Of a DNA stretch of 64,000 nt, positions 26,359 to 38,861 are shown piece after piece. The notes beneath the pieces were generated by a model, which saw only the letters and a program-made list of their open reading frames with translations, searched no databases and was not told where the DNA came from. This DNA is from Lama guanicoe (Eukaryota). Numbering within the stretch: the first letter of the stretch is position 1; the number at the start of each line of letters is the position of its first letter. A program made the position numbers and the translations under genes. The stretch covers positions 11,584,873-11,648,872 of the forward strand of contig MU053881.1 of assembly GCA_013239625.1 (NCBI GenBank). Reading direction: 5' to 3'.

Positions 26359-27394
26359 ACGAAACCCTCTCTTCTCTTTCCTTCCTTTACTCTGGCATTG
26401 GCCAGGGAAAATAATACCATCATTTTTATCCCCGAGGCCATTGCCAAAGGGGGAAAACTCTGAACTTCAGGACAGCGTTTTATTTCAGGCTAGGAGAACA
26501 CTTAACTGACCCCCGGTCTGAACGTGCAAATGCAACAATCCCAGCAAATGAATCCATTAACAGTGTCACCTTAACAACAGTGCTTTGTGCCCTGACAGGA
26601 TTTACCTCTGTGTTGGCATCATTCTCTTTGGACCCATGAATGCCTAGATGCCTGGCATTTAACTGGACAATGCCTCTTTGGTTATCTAACTGTGTCCCTA
26701 ACTGTCCACACACGAACTAAGATACCTCATTGGTCAACTCCCCTGAATTTACATCATCAAGTTACAAAGGACCTACCAGGAGGAATTCGGGTTTCGGGAT
26801 TTGCTTCCTTTAGCAGGGCCATACTTCCCTGGTTAGGAAAAAATGTTACTGAGAATATGATCAGGAACCTCTCCTTAAGTCTTGAAAATATTGTAGAATC
26901 CACTGCTAAGGCTATAGCTGCCCAATAAAAAATCCCAGGCTCTCTGGCCAAAGTTGTTCTTGGTAATAGGATAGCACTTGATTATTATCTTCTAGCTCAA
27001 CACGGAGATCCTGGGCTACGGCCAACACCACTTGCTACACCTGTATTAATTCTTTTGGGGAACCTGAAACTCAGTTACATAAGATCACTGAGCAAGCCAC
27101 TTAGCTTAAAAAGGTGACTCCTTAAATGGGGTCTTTCTTTGACTTATTTGAATTTGATTGGTTTGGGTGCTTCAAAGTGCACTCCACACGTTAGGAATTA
27201 TCCCATTTATAATAATTACAGTAATCTCCCTGGTGCACTGTATTCCCTCAAAGGCTTTAGATGTGTGGCCACAGCTGCTAACCACCAAGCAAATGATCTC
27301 CCTAACACTGGAACATCAGGAAAGGAATGAAGATAATGACCAGCTTAAAAACTGTGAACCTGAGGTAGTGCCCTCTGAATATCATAGAGATTAA
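26359..27394 (+). pseudogene. env: Defective gamma-type env (stops, frameshifts, SU deletion)
   Basis: WTHECLDAWHLTGQCLFGYL (SU C-terminus); decayed furin site HQVTK/DLPGG; heptad MIRNLSLSLENIVESTAKAIAAQ*; immunosuppressive domain SLAKVVLGNRIALDYYLLAQHG; ANTTCYTCINSFGEPETQLHKITEQAT; TM anchor LGIIPFIIITVISLVHC. Confidence 0.92.
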
Positions 27395-27555
27395 GGGGAA
27401 AAAAAAATGTTGTGACCTGTGAATACCACACAGGATGAACAACAGCTGCGAGAGCTACAGAACAGTGCCTGAGAGTTGCACTAATGCTTTCAATTTTGAT
27501 CACATTTCTCAGTTAAGCTGAGAATCTAATAAAAATGGTGTGTGGGGTGGAGGAT

Positions 27556-27876
27556 TGTTAAAAAAAGAGACAACAGGGCCCCAAATCAAGTCACTTGTGC
27601 TAAGCCCACGTCACCGAATCAACACTTAATACGTAACCTAACTGCAGTTTCAGTCCCCCAAGAATGTAACCTTTTACCAGTCAGCCTGGAATTATCTGGT
27701 CAGCACGAAATGAGGAATCTACTGATAAGCCCTTCTGTTTCCTTTAGGAGGGTAATCTTGCCTGAAACAATGCATTCTTTGCTAATTTTTTCCTTTTACC
27801 ATCCCCCTTTCCATCTTTAAAAACCAAAGCCAATTTGATCCTTAAATTTACTCAGTTGCATTTTTGTTATTTACCA
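27556..27876 (+). mobile_element. 3' LTR of the ERV1 remnant
   Basis: TGTTA start directly after the purine-rich tract ggggtggagga; ends aaagccaatttgatccttaaatttactcagttgcatttttgttatttacca. Confidence 0.8.
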
Positions 27877-29698
27877 CTTTACATGATAAATAAATATTAA
27901 AATAAAATTGATTCTGTTTTCCATATTCATCCATTTATTTACTATCAAAATAAGTGGAATCTGTTTTTCTCTCTTTTCAGAAGCCATTTTTATTAGTCTA
28001 GGATTTAATTGAGCAAAATGATGAGCTTCATGACTTTACTAGACAAAGCGTTATATTTAATTTTTATAATGTAGCAGTCAAAAGAATCCACGTTCCTCAC
28101 TATTTTATACTTGATAAAGTATTCAGTTTCAAAGCAATTCATGAAGTAAAACTAAATACTGTCCATTGAAATATATTTCTTTGATTCTAATGGCAATGTG
28201 TTTCTATTCTACACAGATTTGCTGCCAATTGAGAGTCTCTCTTTTCAGAGTCACCATTGGCAAAGGTATAAAACCACATTTACCTAACAAACATTGCTAG
28301 AAGGATTCACCACCAAATAGAAATAGTCCAGAATATTTAAAGGAGTATGTGATGCTATACATATTGTGAACATATGAGTTTTTTCTAACACTGATGAACA
28401 GAACTGATTCAAATAACTAAACCCAGGCTATGCTGAGACTTTTTTTCTTGAAGATAATAAGAACTTAAAAGAAAAGGAAAAGCTCTACTCAAAATGCAGT
28501 AAAAAGTATTAATCATTTTGAAATAAGACAATTATACAAAAAGCATTTTGTTTCACATTGATAGGTGTAAACTTCTTTGTACAACAGAGATCACCATCAT
28601 TCCTGCCAAGTTCCCTTTCTGGGTCTTACAACTTCTGTTTGTCTCCAGAGAGATACTTAAGAGAAAAATTACTGGTGCTCTGATACATTAATATTTTGTA
28701 AAATACAAATTAAAAGATGGACTTACCTTGCAAATACAAAAATACTGGGCTTTCCTCACCTCTTTTAAAAAATACATCTCAGCCTGAAATTTCCCAGAAT
28801 ATGCTTGAATTGATTGCCTCAATCTTAATGACTTGATGCGCGGCACACTTTTAGGACTAAAACATTTCCAAAGCTGCATTCTACCAAATACCAGCTCTAG
28901 AAAACACAAACAGGGCCACTGCTCAAAATAAGATTCCTTGAGGAAATTTATCTGGGCAAACAGGCATCTTATATCTCCATCTGGCAGGCATAACACACAA
29001 TAGTATCTTAAGAAGCCTCAGACTTCCCGAACTACTGGGAAATTTTGTTTCATGCATTTTTCCCAAACTTATTTTTACATGGAACTGTTTTCCCCGTGGC
29101 TCCCCTATTAATATCTTGAGGAAGAATATTCCACAGAACACCAACAGAGGAAAGGCTGGCATAATTATGATGTGAGCACACTCAGACAAGAATAAACTCT
29201 GTCAGGGCAACATTATGCGACAGGTGAGACTTCCCTAGATTGTGTCACACTAGGAATCGGAACGTTGACAGTCATCATCAGATGAGGCTCTTTGAATCTA
29301 ATAATATGTTAAGGAATTATTCAACTTGTGAAAGATAAGCTTGAGAACGACTAAATTTACAGTATTGGAAATACGTGTCTGTAGTGTATAGTATGTAGTA
29401 CTAGAATAAAACAGTCAAAATGAGATCAACCCAACTGAGTTACGACACACATTTAAAACTCTTTCTTACTGAGGAGTTTATTTAACTCCTTTTCAGGTAC
29501 ACTGAGAAGAAAGCATTTCCATTTTTGTCCAGCTGCTCCCTCTTTATACATATACACATAGGGCCTGCTAATTCTTCTTTTTGTCCCCTATCAGTAGTAT
29601 TTTTGTCTTCTATCAATCTTGTAACTGTGGTCACTCTATTCTATCAGGATATTAATATCAATGTTATAAAATCCCATTTATGTTTTTAAAGCCATCTG

Positions 29699-29701
<3 letters not shown>

Positions 29702-29729
<28 letters not shown>
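29702..29729. repeat. (AC)14 microsatellite
   Basis: Direct reading. Confidence 0.98.
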
Positions 29730-29732
<3 letters not shown>

Positions 29733-32628
29733 GGAAGAGAGCTATAAAATATCATCTTACGTCATTATGTATTTTAAGCTCATTAAATGTATTTTTAGTG
29801 ACCTGAAATTAAATTTATAAATTTGTTCATAGTAGTCCCATCTAGGGGTGATAATGAATGAGCACAGGGATATACACTGTATTTTCAACTTTTTTAATCA
29901 ATCGGCATATGTTGTTTTATGATTTAACCGGGAGCCAAAGCAATAACAGAACTAGCACTCTCCACCTGCAGCACCTGAAAGTACACATTAAGGCCGTGTT
30001 CTAATGACTGCCCTCCTTCCTGTCATGTGCTTTGTAAAAGGCCTGCCCCAGTGATCTGCCACCACACAGAGGCTCCCAGGCTCAGCTATTTGTCAGTGTG
30101 GTCTGTCCTCCGTCACACCCTTCGTGAGCCTGTGCTTTATGATTATTCTATCTTCTTTGGTCATTGGTTTTGAACCTTGTGGTCTACGTTTGCCCAGTGC
30201 TGCAGCAGTGGGAGGGGTGTAATTTTCACATTTGATCCTAGCTGAAAGCAGATCACACATATTTAGCTATGCCAGATGATGGGATATCCAGGAAACACTA
30301 TTTTACAAGATTTTTGAGAGCAGCAGCTCCAGGGTTTACTGCATCACCAGTGGAGGTTTACAGTTCTTGAAAACTATGTCAGCACTGTGCTTTGCTCAGA
30401 GGAGATGAGCCACAAAGATTGGCTAAGAAATATTTATTAACCAATTTTTAACAGGTTTATTTGTAGAGTACAATTCTGAAATTAAATATCTTACATAAGA
30501 TTTCCTTTGTGGTTTTGTTTTGGCTTCCAGAATATTCGCTATATTTATTTGAATCTGGTAACGTATTTATTTTATCTATTCCAAGGATATTTTACAAAGG
30601 TGATGGCTGCTGCTTGAGAAAAGGTAAACAAAACTAAACATTCAGTGCAAAGCTTATGATTGAAGTCATATTGTTCTTTGACTTCCATTTTGAACGAACC
30701 CTATATTAATTTAGAAAGGAAGGGTATTGCCAAAAAAGGGCCTGCAGCACTCATAGTTAACTCTTTCAACCACACAAAATTCATCACATGCCTTTTGTGC
30801 TCATGCTGAAACAGGAAGAGGACCATTTACAAGGTCTGTCTTTAAGTGGTTCCTAATCCAGTGAGTAAGGTGAACATGGGAGTTGATTATAAACACCAAA
30901 TAACACCTTCCTGTTTGTCTTCCTTAAAAGTTAGTTAGCCTTCCATCTATTCTTGTCAAAGTGCCCACATGTTCGTTATCTGCTGTATATACATTATTTT
31001 AACTTAGGAAAAATGTCTTCAGGGTCAGGATCATACACTATCAGGATTCTGCAATCACCCATAACTCATGTTTCAGGCACTTCCCAGAATGTATCTCAAG
31101 CCATAAATTAAACATATATATATGTATATATATAAGTTCTTTTGTCCAAGGTGACAGAGTTTTGGCTCAGAACAAGAAAATGACGGTATACAGGCTTTCC
31201 CTACAAGGAGAAAAAAATACTTTATTAACAAAAAGAACAGCTTGTAGTAATACAGCCACCTTTATTTTGATAGAGTGTTAATGTGGAAAGAAGAAGAATT
31301 TGCAAGTGTTTTGATGTGGTTGTATGGCTGTTTTCCAAAATTCTTAGTGACAGTTTGGCTTTTATACACTTTTCTTTTGTTTCCAGTTGATTCAACTATT
31401 GTATGAGTGTGTAGAGAGGTTTGTATAAAGGGTCCATACATGCAGAAATTGCCTTTCAGAAGAAGACGGTGAAAGATCTAAGATGCTCTAGCAGAGTGGT
31501 TAAAATGATCTTAAAAGCAGAATCATTTCCAGGCACTACCGGAGTGTGAAACTTGATATTAACATAAGGATAATAAAAAATGGACTTTAATATAGACATC
31601 TGGTTGCTAAGGAACACAGAAAGGTGAGATGAAGAATTAAGAAACAAATGGAAACCTAGATATCAGAAACAAGTCAGAGGAGGGCAGAATGAAAAGGAAA
31701 CGCGTAAAAAACGATTTGCCAGAGGCAGCTGACAATATGAATCAGAACAGCAGGGGGAGCTATGGTATCGCAGTTGTCAAATCACAGTTTTTATAAGGAG
31801 AAGTTTCAGATTTATGGTTCTAGCGAAGAGGACATGTTACTGATTCTTACTTTTGTAATAAACAACCCAGCGACAGACACTGGGAAGGAGTTTTAATGAT
31901 CTGTATCTTCTGAAGCCAAGAGCGCGATCAGCACATCGTCTGCTCTGTACAGACTTAGTCTGCATCACGTAGCGGTTTGAATGAATTTACCTTCAGGCCA
32001 ATGTTTCTCCTCCTAAAATTTATAAGGTTGGATTTTGAAAGAAGTCATCCTTATCTTTGGTTAATTGAGAGAAAAAATTTCCCACATAGATAGGAGAAAT
32101 GATCTAACTGTGGAACAGGAAGCAAAGGAAATTTTTCTAAATATCAGAGATGGTTTATTCAGTCCTTTATAAAAGTTTTTTTTTTTTTTAAAAACTGTTT
32201 CAGCTGGCAAAGATGTGAATGACAAGTGGTAGAGTGGGTGAAGGCATGCACATCAACTATCCCATAATAACCTGCCCTACTTTTTCCTCCTGTCTCCCAT
32301 AAAGAACAAGTCACCTAGCCGTTGACACCAGCTCTTGAAAATAACTCAGTGTTTTAATCCTATCTGTATTCTTCCTTAAAATAAATGGCCAGGCTTAGGC
32401 ACAGTGAATTGCACTTTTGTCTCCCAGATCCATTGTGATTTAAAAGTCCATGGACACCAAGAAATCTGCTCATCTTCTTTTAAAGTTACTAAAACATTAC
32501 TAAAGAGTTAGCTCCCCATATGCTTTTGAAAAGGTGGCAGAGGTGGGAGCCCATAGGAACGTATCTAAGAGGCATCTCTCAACTGAACACTCCTCTAAAA
32601 TGAAATGGATTACTGTGATTCAGTACAC

Positions 32629-33634
32629 TGTGTTTTAGTAGTGCCATAACACATTACTGTTAGGTAGTTAGAGAAGTAGGGGCACCAGGCATATAGGTGG
32701 CGGAGAGGGAGGATGGTCCACAAGATGGCATTATCCCCCCTCCAGCATAAAGGGACTTCTTCTAAATGAGTGCCAGCAAGAAACTGGTTAACACCCGACA
32801 GCCAGGACTGCGTGGTAGCAGAAAGGACTTAACTGGGCACGACCCCAGTGCTCATTGTATTATAATTAACATTGCAGTTTAGCTTCCCCCGCCCCCAATT
32901 TTGGGTTTTTCTAAGTACACCATGGGTTAAGCACTTGCACAAAGGGAATAAACATGACTAAGCATTCCAGGGACAAAGAGCTGGCAATCAACCAAAAGAC
33001 CACCTCTAAGCGAGGGTATAAGAGAAAGGAGAGACAAAGAACACCGCGATTCCTCCTTGGATCAGCCCACCTCCCGCTCCTAGAGGCGTACCCTCCTTTT
33101 TCTAAGTAAATCTTTTAAAATCTTTTTGCTACGCAATGCTTTCTGTCTCCGGTCTGTAAATCTTATCTTTCGGTCAAGACAAGAATTGGTTTTTTTTTTC
33201 CCCATTTTCCTTTTGGGTAACATTACAACAAACCAACTGGCTTAAAACAACAGATCTTTATCTTAGAGGCTAGAAGTCCAAAATCAAGTCGTTGACAGGT
33301 CCATGTTCCCTCTGAATGCTCTAGGGAAGACTCTTTCCTTGCTTCTTCCTGCCTTACGGTGGTTGCTGGCAGTCTTTGGCATTCCTTGGTTTGTAGACAC
33401 ATGATTCTAATCTCTGCCTCCTCTTTCATATCACTCTCTTTTTTGTGTCTCTATATTCTTTCCTCTTTTTATAAAAACACCAGTCATTGAATTTAGGGCC
33501 CACCCTAAGTCCATTATGATATCTACTCAACCCTTAACAAATTATATTTGCAAAGACCCTATTTCCAAGTGAGATCTTATTCTGAGTTTCTGGGTGCAGA
33601 TGAATTTTGGAGGGACGCTATTCAACCCACTATA
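32629..33634 (-). mobile_element. MLT1B/C MaLR LTR split by an ERV1 solo LTR
   Basis: gtgccataacacattac|aacaaaccaactggcttaaaacaacag rejoins across the insertion; gaggctagaagtccaaaatcaag...gcaaagaccctatttccaa...ctattcaacccactata. Confidence 0.9.
32658..33222 (+). mobile_element. ERV1-class solo LTR, copy B
   Basis: TGTTA...TAACA termini; perfect 4-bp TSD ttac (32654-57 and 33223-26); colinear with 7480-8028. Confidence 0.95.
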
Positions 33635-34381
33635 AGCACATATCAAAGGTAGGTAAAGACTATTTTTGCTGGTTTTGATTGAAAAAAATAGATAAATAAT
33701 TAACCAAATATAATTATCTTAGAGATGCTAACAGAGAGAAATAAATATTTGAGAAACAAATACAAATATGCTGCCAGCAAGAGCTTACTTACTGTATATT
33801 AATGGAGTTAAAATGGAACTGAAAATAGTTGCTACATGCATAGACTGAAAAACTTGACTGCCAAGGATCAAATGATTTTGTTCTGGTAAACACATTATAA
33901 TTGTATCATTCAAATTATACCTATGTTAGGATACAAAGAGAAGTTGTAGGGAGGCTGAAAGTTACAGACTTGCATTCCAGTATAACCACACATTGGTAGT
34001 ACAACACTGGCTAATTATTTACTCTCTCTGAGACTTTGCTTCCTTATTTTCGAAACTGGTAATAGATAATAGTATCTTCAGAATTAGAAAATATGTGGAG
34101 GCAAGAAGCATAAATATTAATTTACTTGCCTTCTTTTCTTTTACTTCCTCAAGTACTCAGGCTTTCTCTCACCTCATAAACCGTACTTAGAGGGTGCACA
34201 AATATCTGCCAATTCATAATTTCATAAGATGATAATACAGGGTACTTTTCAGATATTGTCATAATAATGATTTATCCTGAAAAGTTGCATAGAAATCATG
34301 GAAATCGATTTTTTTAAGAGGGGAAAAAAGTTCAATACTTAGTTGCTTTCCATGTTACCAAATACCCAGCTTACTGAACAG

Positions 34382-35360
34382 TTCATTTATTTGACAAACA
34401 TTTATTGAAGAGCTAAAGCTCCTAGCATAGTATTTGGCATACATTCACTTATTTATTTTTCTTTCCGCAAACATGAATTGTATGATTACTGTGGACCAGT
34501 ACTATGCTGGACATGGTTCCTGCACTCAGGGAGCCCAGTCTGGTCAAGGAAACCGATATTACTAATCAAATAATCATATAAAGGTAGTACCCTAGGCAAG
34601 GCAAGGAATGTCAAAAGAGAATTAATGTGTTCTCAGAGTAAAATATTGTGACCTAATCAGATATAGCAGAATAAGTTTCCTTAAGAAAGTAAAAATTGAC
34701 CAGAAATCTGAAAGATAAGAGCAATTAACTAGGGAGACAGGGTGAAGGAATGGTGTTATGGGTGGAAGGAACAGAGGTCTATGGGACAGAAAAGCCTATG
34801 GCACTTAAACAGGAATCGTTTTTAAAAAGTGTGATTAGAGCAGGAAAAGCAATAGAGAACGCAGCACAACGTGAGGCTAGAGGGGTAGGTAAGGGCTGAA
34901 CTATGCAAAGTGGTGTAGGTGACGCTCATAGTTCTGTTTTAAACCTGAGTAATGGGATGACATTAAAGATTTTTAAGCAAGGAGATGAAATGCTCAGATT
35001 TGGCAGTGGAAAGGTCATCCTTACTGCAGTTGAGTTGGAGCAGGACAATAACAGGTTTAAGAAAATCAATTTGGGAAGCGACTGGAGTAGGTTAAATAAA
35101 GAGCTTGGACCAGAAAGTTACATATTTAGAAGGTGAGATGCATAGGCTTGGATATGAGATTAAGAGAGGTAACCTGAGTGGCTCTCAGATTTCTGATTTT
35201 CCCAACTGGATAGATGATATCACGATCACTGAGAAGAGAGCACTGGAAGGGGACCAGGAGTCTGGGGGGATGATCATGAGTTGAGCCATGTGGAATATGA
35301 GGTGTCTTTGAGATGTCCCAGAGGAGATGTCACACAGGCAACTGGGTACAGGGAGCTGTA
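34382..35360 (-). mobile_element. L2 LINE fragment(s)
   Basis: ttcatttatttgacaaacatttattg...gacatggttcctgcactcagggagc...gattttaagcaaggagatgaaatgctcagattt...gtctttgagatgtcccagaggagatgtc. Confidence 0.8.
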
Positions 35361-35659
35361 GTTATTAATCTGATTAAGATTATTTGCAGTGACTTTATAG
35401 AGGGAGAGGAGAAATACAAGGATTAAAATATATACCAATATGAGACATATTAGACAGTGACAGCTAATGCATGTTTTTTTAATGTCTTTTGCCAATATGA
35501 TTTAAAATTTAAAATCCTGAGGTGATTTAATGTAATCAATTAACAAAATCCTGAATCGTATTTTTTAAGTAAATCAATAAATGGACTAAAATTTCTCTTT
35601 ATGTTTTTGATCTTTCCAAATTGGACTAAATCTTGAATTAACTTACCTCAGTTGAATAT

Positions 35660-36065
35660 ATTCTATACATATTTACCAAAAGCCCACTCTGCCAGGTACT
35701 GATAACACAAAAATGAATTAAGACAGGCTCTAACCAGTCCCGAGAGGCTGTAGTAAGAGATTTCACAAGTAGAGACAGAGCTACAAAGTGGGGGACGTGC
35801 TAGACTATATGTGCTAAGGAACCCATAGTTACACTTAGTGTGGCGGTAATTGTGTGATATTTTAATAGGATTTGGCATAAAAGACCAATGAAGACTTTTA
35901 CAGGAAGTAATTTTTAAGCTGAGTCTCGAAAAATGCATAGAAGGAAGCCAAGTCACGGGGAAAGGGAAGATTCCAAGAACATACCAGAATATATTCAAAT
36001 GTCCAGAGTCAAGAGCACGATGCTTTCTGGGCAATGAAAGCACTTTGATATGACTAGAGTGATTG
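35660..36065 (-). mobile_element. L2 fragment
   Basis: ctctgccaggtactga...atgaattaagacagg...caggaagtaatttttaagctgagtctcgaaaaatg. Confidence 0.7.
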
Positions 36066-38829
36066 TAGAAAGCTTCGTTTCAAGAAGGGGATAGAAGTTA
36101 ATTTACAAACTTCCAAATGAAGTCTTGCTTTGCTTCTGTTAAATAGTTGGCAAGGAAAATCCTGCCAAACCTACAATTGGAGGGGATGCATCAGATGAAA
36201 ATAAAAACACATTTGTAATGATATAACATTCCTGGAAGCTTTGCACTTCAACACAGGGAAAAACATTTCTCTAAGTGAGGAATTTGCTGTTAATCTTCAT
36301 TTAGTACCTAAATAGCACATTATATATAAGTTGATACATCAGAAATCCTCTCTACTTTTCGTTTGAACTGCAACTCTGTTGGTTGTTGATTCATACTTCT
36401 AAAATAAGCACTTCCTCCTCAAAGTGAGGCTTTAAAGTGATAAGGACCAGCACTCACGTGATATTTTAATAGAGTATTAACCATGCTTCTTGTGTAAAGT
36501 TCTGTGCTTATTCCTTCTCAACACTATGGTCCCATGAAAAATACCAGCCCATTATCTGATGGGGAGAGTGACAGGCGATGAGAGCTTAGTCTGGAAGATA
36601 TCCAGCTATCTGAAGTGCAAACAGTACTTGAAAACAGTTGTGCTTAAATTAACTCTTTCTTATATATTGATCAGGCATAGCTGAAACCAGATTTCCCAAA
36701 CACGTTACATTTTTTTTTCTTCCAAGCAGAGATCAGAAAATTTTCCATCAGTTGTAAACTTCCCCAACCTGAGGCTATTAGCATTGATAATTAAATAACA
36801 CTATTATTTATGAGCAGCATTAAGATAAATACTCTTAAAGGAAAGAAACAACTGGGAAAACATACATATATATGTGTGTATAGGCTAGTTCTATTGCTGA
36901 TTTTCCCCTTCCCTAAAATTAAATGAATTCTTCATTCGCTATTATAAACTAAATATTTCCTTTGAGTCCAATTAGCATTGCTGAAAGAAAAAGCAAATCA
37001 AGGCTCTGTTCAGCATGCATCAATGTAATGGAAAATCAGGTCTTTTATTCTGGCTTTAATAACTGCAGCTTGATTAGAGGCAAAGAAAAGGCTATGAAGG
37101 GAGAAGGGGGAAAGGAGAAGGACTGCCAAATTAGTTCTATAAGAATTCTCAACCTGTCTGCTCTCTGGCTCACTATTCAAATGCTAATTGAGCCTTTTGG
37201 TAAACAGAATGGGTAATCACGGAAGACAAAAACAGACACAGAAAACAAATGAAATATCATACCTTATCCAAAGCGGCATGGCATTTTTCTGATAAGCTTT
37301 GGAAGACTTAAAGTATTAAGTCCTTGGGTCTCGTTTTTTTTCCTGGATAGATTATAATTAATATAATAAAATAAATATTACACAATCAAATAAAAAATGA
37401 CAAAGACCTGCTTTGTTTCAACAATGAAACCAGTCATGTTATAATTAGATAAGAGGATTTATATTCACAGCTATAAACATGAAAGTAGACCATGAGGCTG
37501 GATAAAGGCAAGTTTTTAATTCTTAAAAATTAATTACATGGCATTATTCTTATCAGAACACAGAATGCATTAATTATACAATTAATAAAAAGATGAAAGG
37601 GAGGGTTTTTTGGTTTTTTTTTTTTTTTTTTTGGATTTTTTTTTGGCAGTTGTAATGCACATGGGGGCATTTGGTTTCATACTCAGAATTGTCCTTCAGG
37701 CGTTTCTGTAATCTTCTTACCAGGCAATGTCAAGACCCTAAACCAGTTAGCAGGAATATTGAATGGAGTGGGTCTTCATGTTAGTGCTTAGACACGTTTC
37801 GGAAAGGTTGTGGATTTCCATGTAATTGGGATCTAAGGTGTAATAGGTTTAATTTGAGGTCCTCTTTAAAAGAACAGCAGGAAGAGGCATTGTCAGCAAC
37901 GTGTAATAGCCAGTGAGAAGTGGCAGCTCGCTCCTCCACAATTGGCTTCCTTAAGGATGAAAAAGTGATTATCTTACTACAACAGTTATTTCTGAGTGCT
38001 TCCATCATCGGCATAGCACCGAAAATGCCTTGTGTGTGCTACCACTTTATCCTCGAAAACGTTTTAAACCTATAAATAACATTCATGGAAGAAGAAATGT
38101 GGTAGTGAAAAGACAGCTGGCTATCAGGAGCAGAGCCACAGGCCAAGTCCATTTTAACAAACTCCAAGGGACTGTCCAAATTCTCCGGCTGCCTTGCGAT
38201 TGTATTTTATCAACTATTAGTTGGAGTAAATGGGCTATCAGTCAGGGCTAGGAAATCTGTTTTTGTTATATAAAAATTGTTGATGTAATGTACAGCAGGA
38301 CAACACAGTATTTGCCTTGGCTGACTTGCCAGCAGTATTGTACGTGTAAAAAACGTGCTACAACTTCTCACATGAAAAGATACTACTCAGCGGCTTTAAG
38401 ACTATGTTGTGAACATTTGGGAAAAACAAACAAACAAACAAAACACTGCAATAATCTTTAAATAACCCTAGATACTTACAATTTTAGAACAAAAGTGGAG
38501 CAACACCAAGTCTGTAATAACAATGAATACTTTACTGTTTGGGATAAAGAAGGGGAAAGCTCTAAAAATAGAAAACATAGGATCACAAGTAGTATTGGTG
38601 TCTAAGGGGTGAATAAGCACCTACCTATATCCCCCTCCCCCATTAGCTCCACCTATCTGCATTCTTTGATTTGGGAAATTAGTATGAAGTGATATAAAAA
38701 CGCAGCTTCAAGCTTCTACCTGTATAAGTCAGGTTGCACATGCTATGGTCCTCATATAATACAGAAATTCTGGAGTTACTACACATCTCCATTGCTAAAC
38801 ACCCTCATTCTGCCTCTCTCATTTGGTCC

Positions 38830-38861
38830 CTCTCTCTATCTCTCTCTCTCTCTGTCTCTCT

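Larger units (their letters stand above)
25240..27555 (+). mobile_element. ERV1 internal region, MER4/MER34-int group, 5'-truncated
   Basis: AT-rich MER4-int-type block (ttatttgcatacgttcaataagaatctgttttctttgtaacaggacacaattggaaacattggttatattaccgaggctttgactgg), then integrase and env remnants, a purine-rich tract and an LTR. Confidence 0.85.

Noticed and set aside
26660..26740. A true mir-9 gene
   Set aside because: No miR-9-3p arm (ATAAAGCTAGATAACC); the sequence is in frame within env
7480..33222. One giant provirus bounded by the two similar LTRs and containing the env remnant
   Set aside because: Each LTR has its own TSD and host repeat, no PBS follows copy A, and the env remnant has its own unrelated 3' LTR
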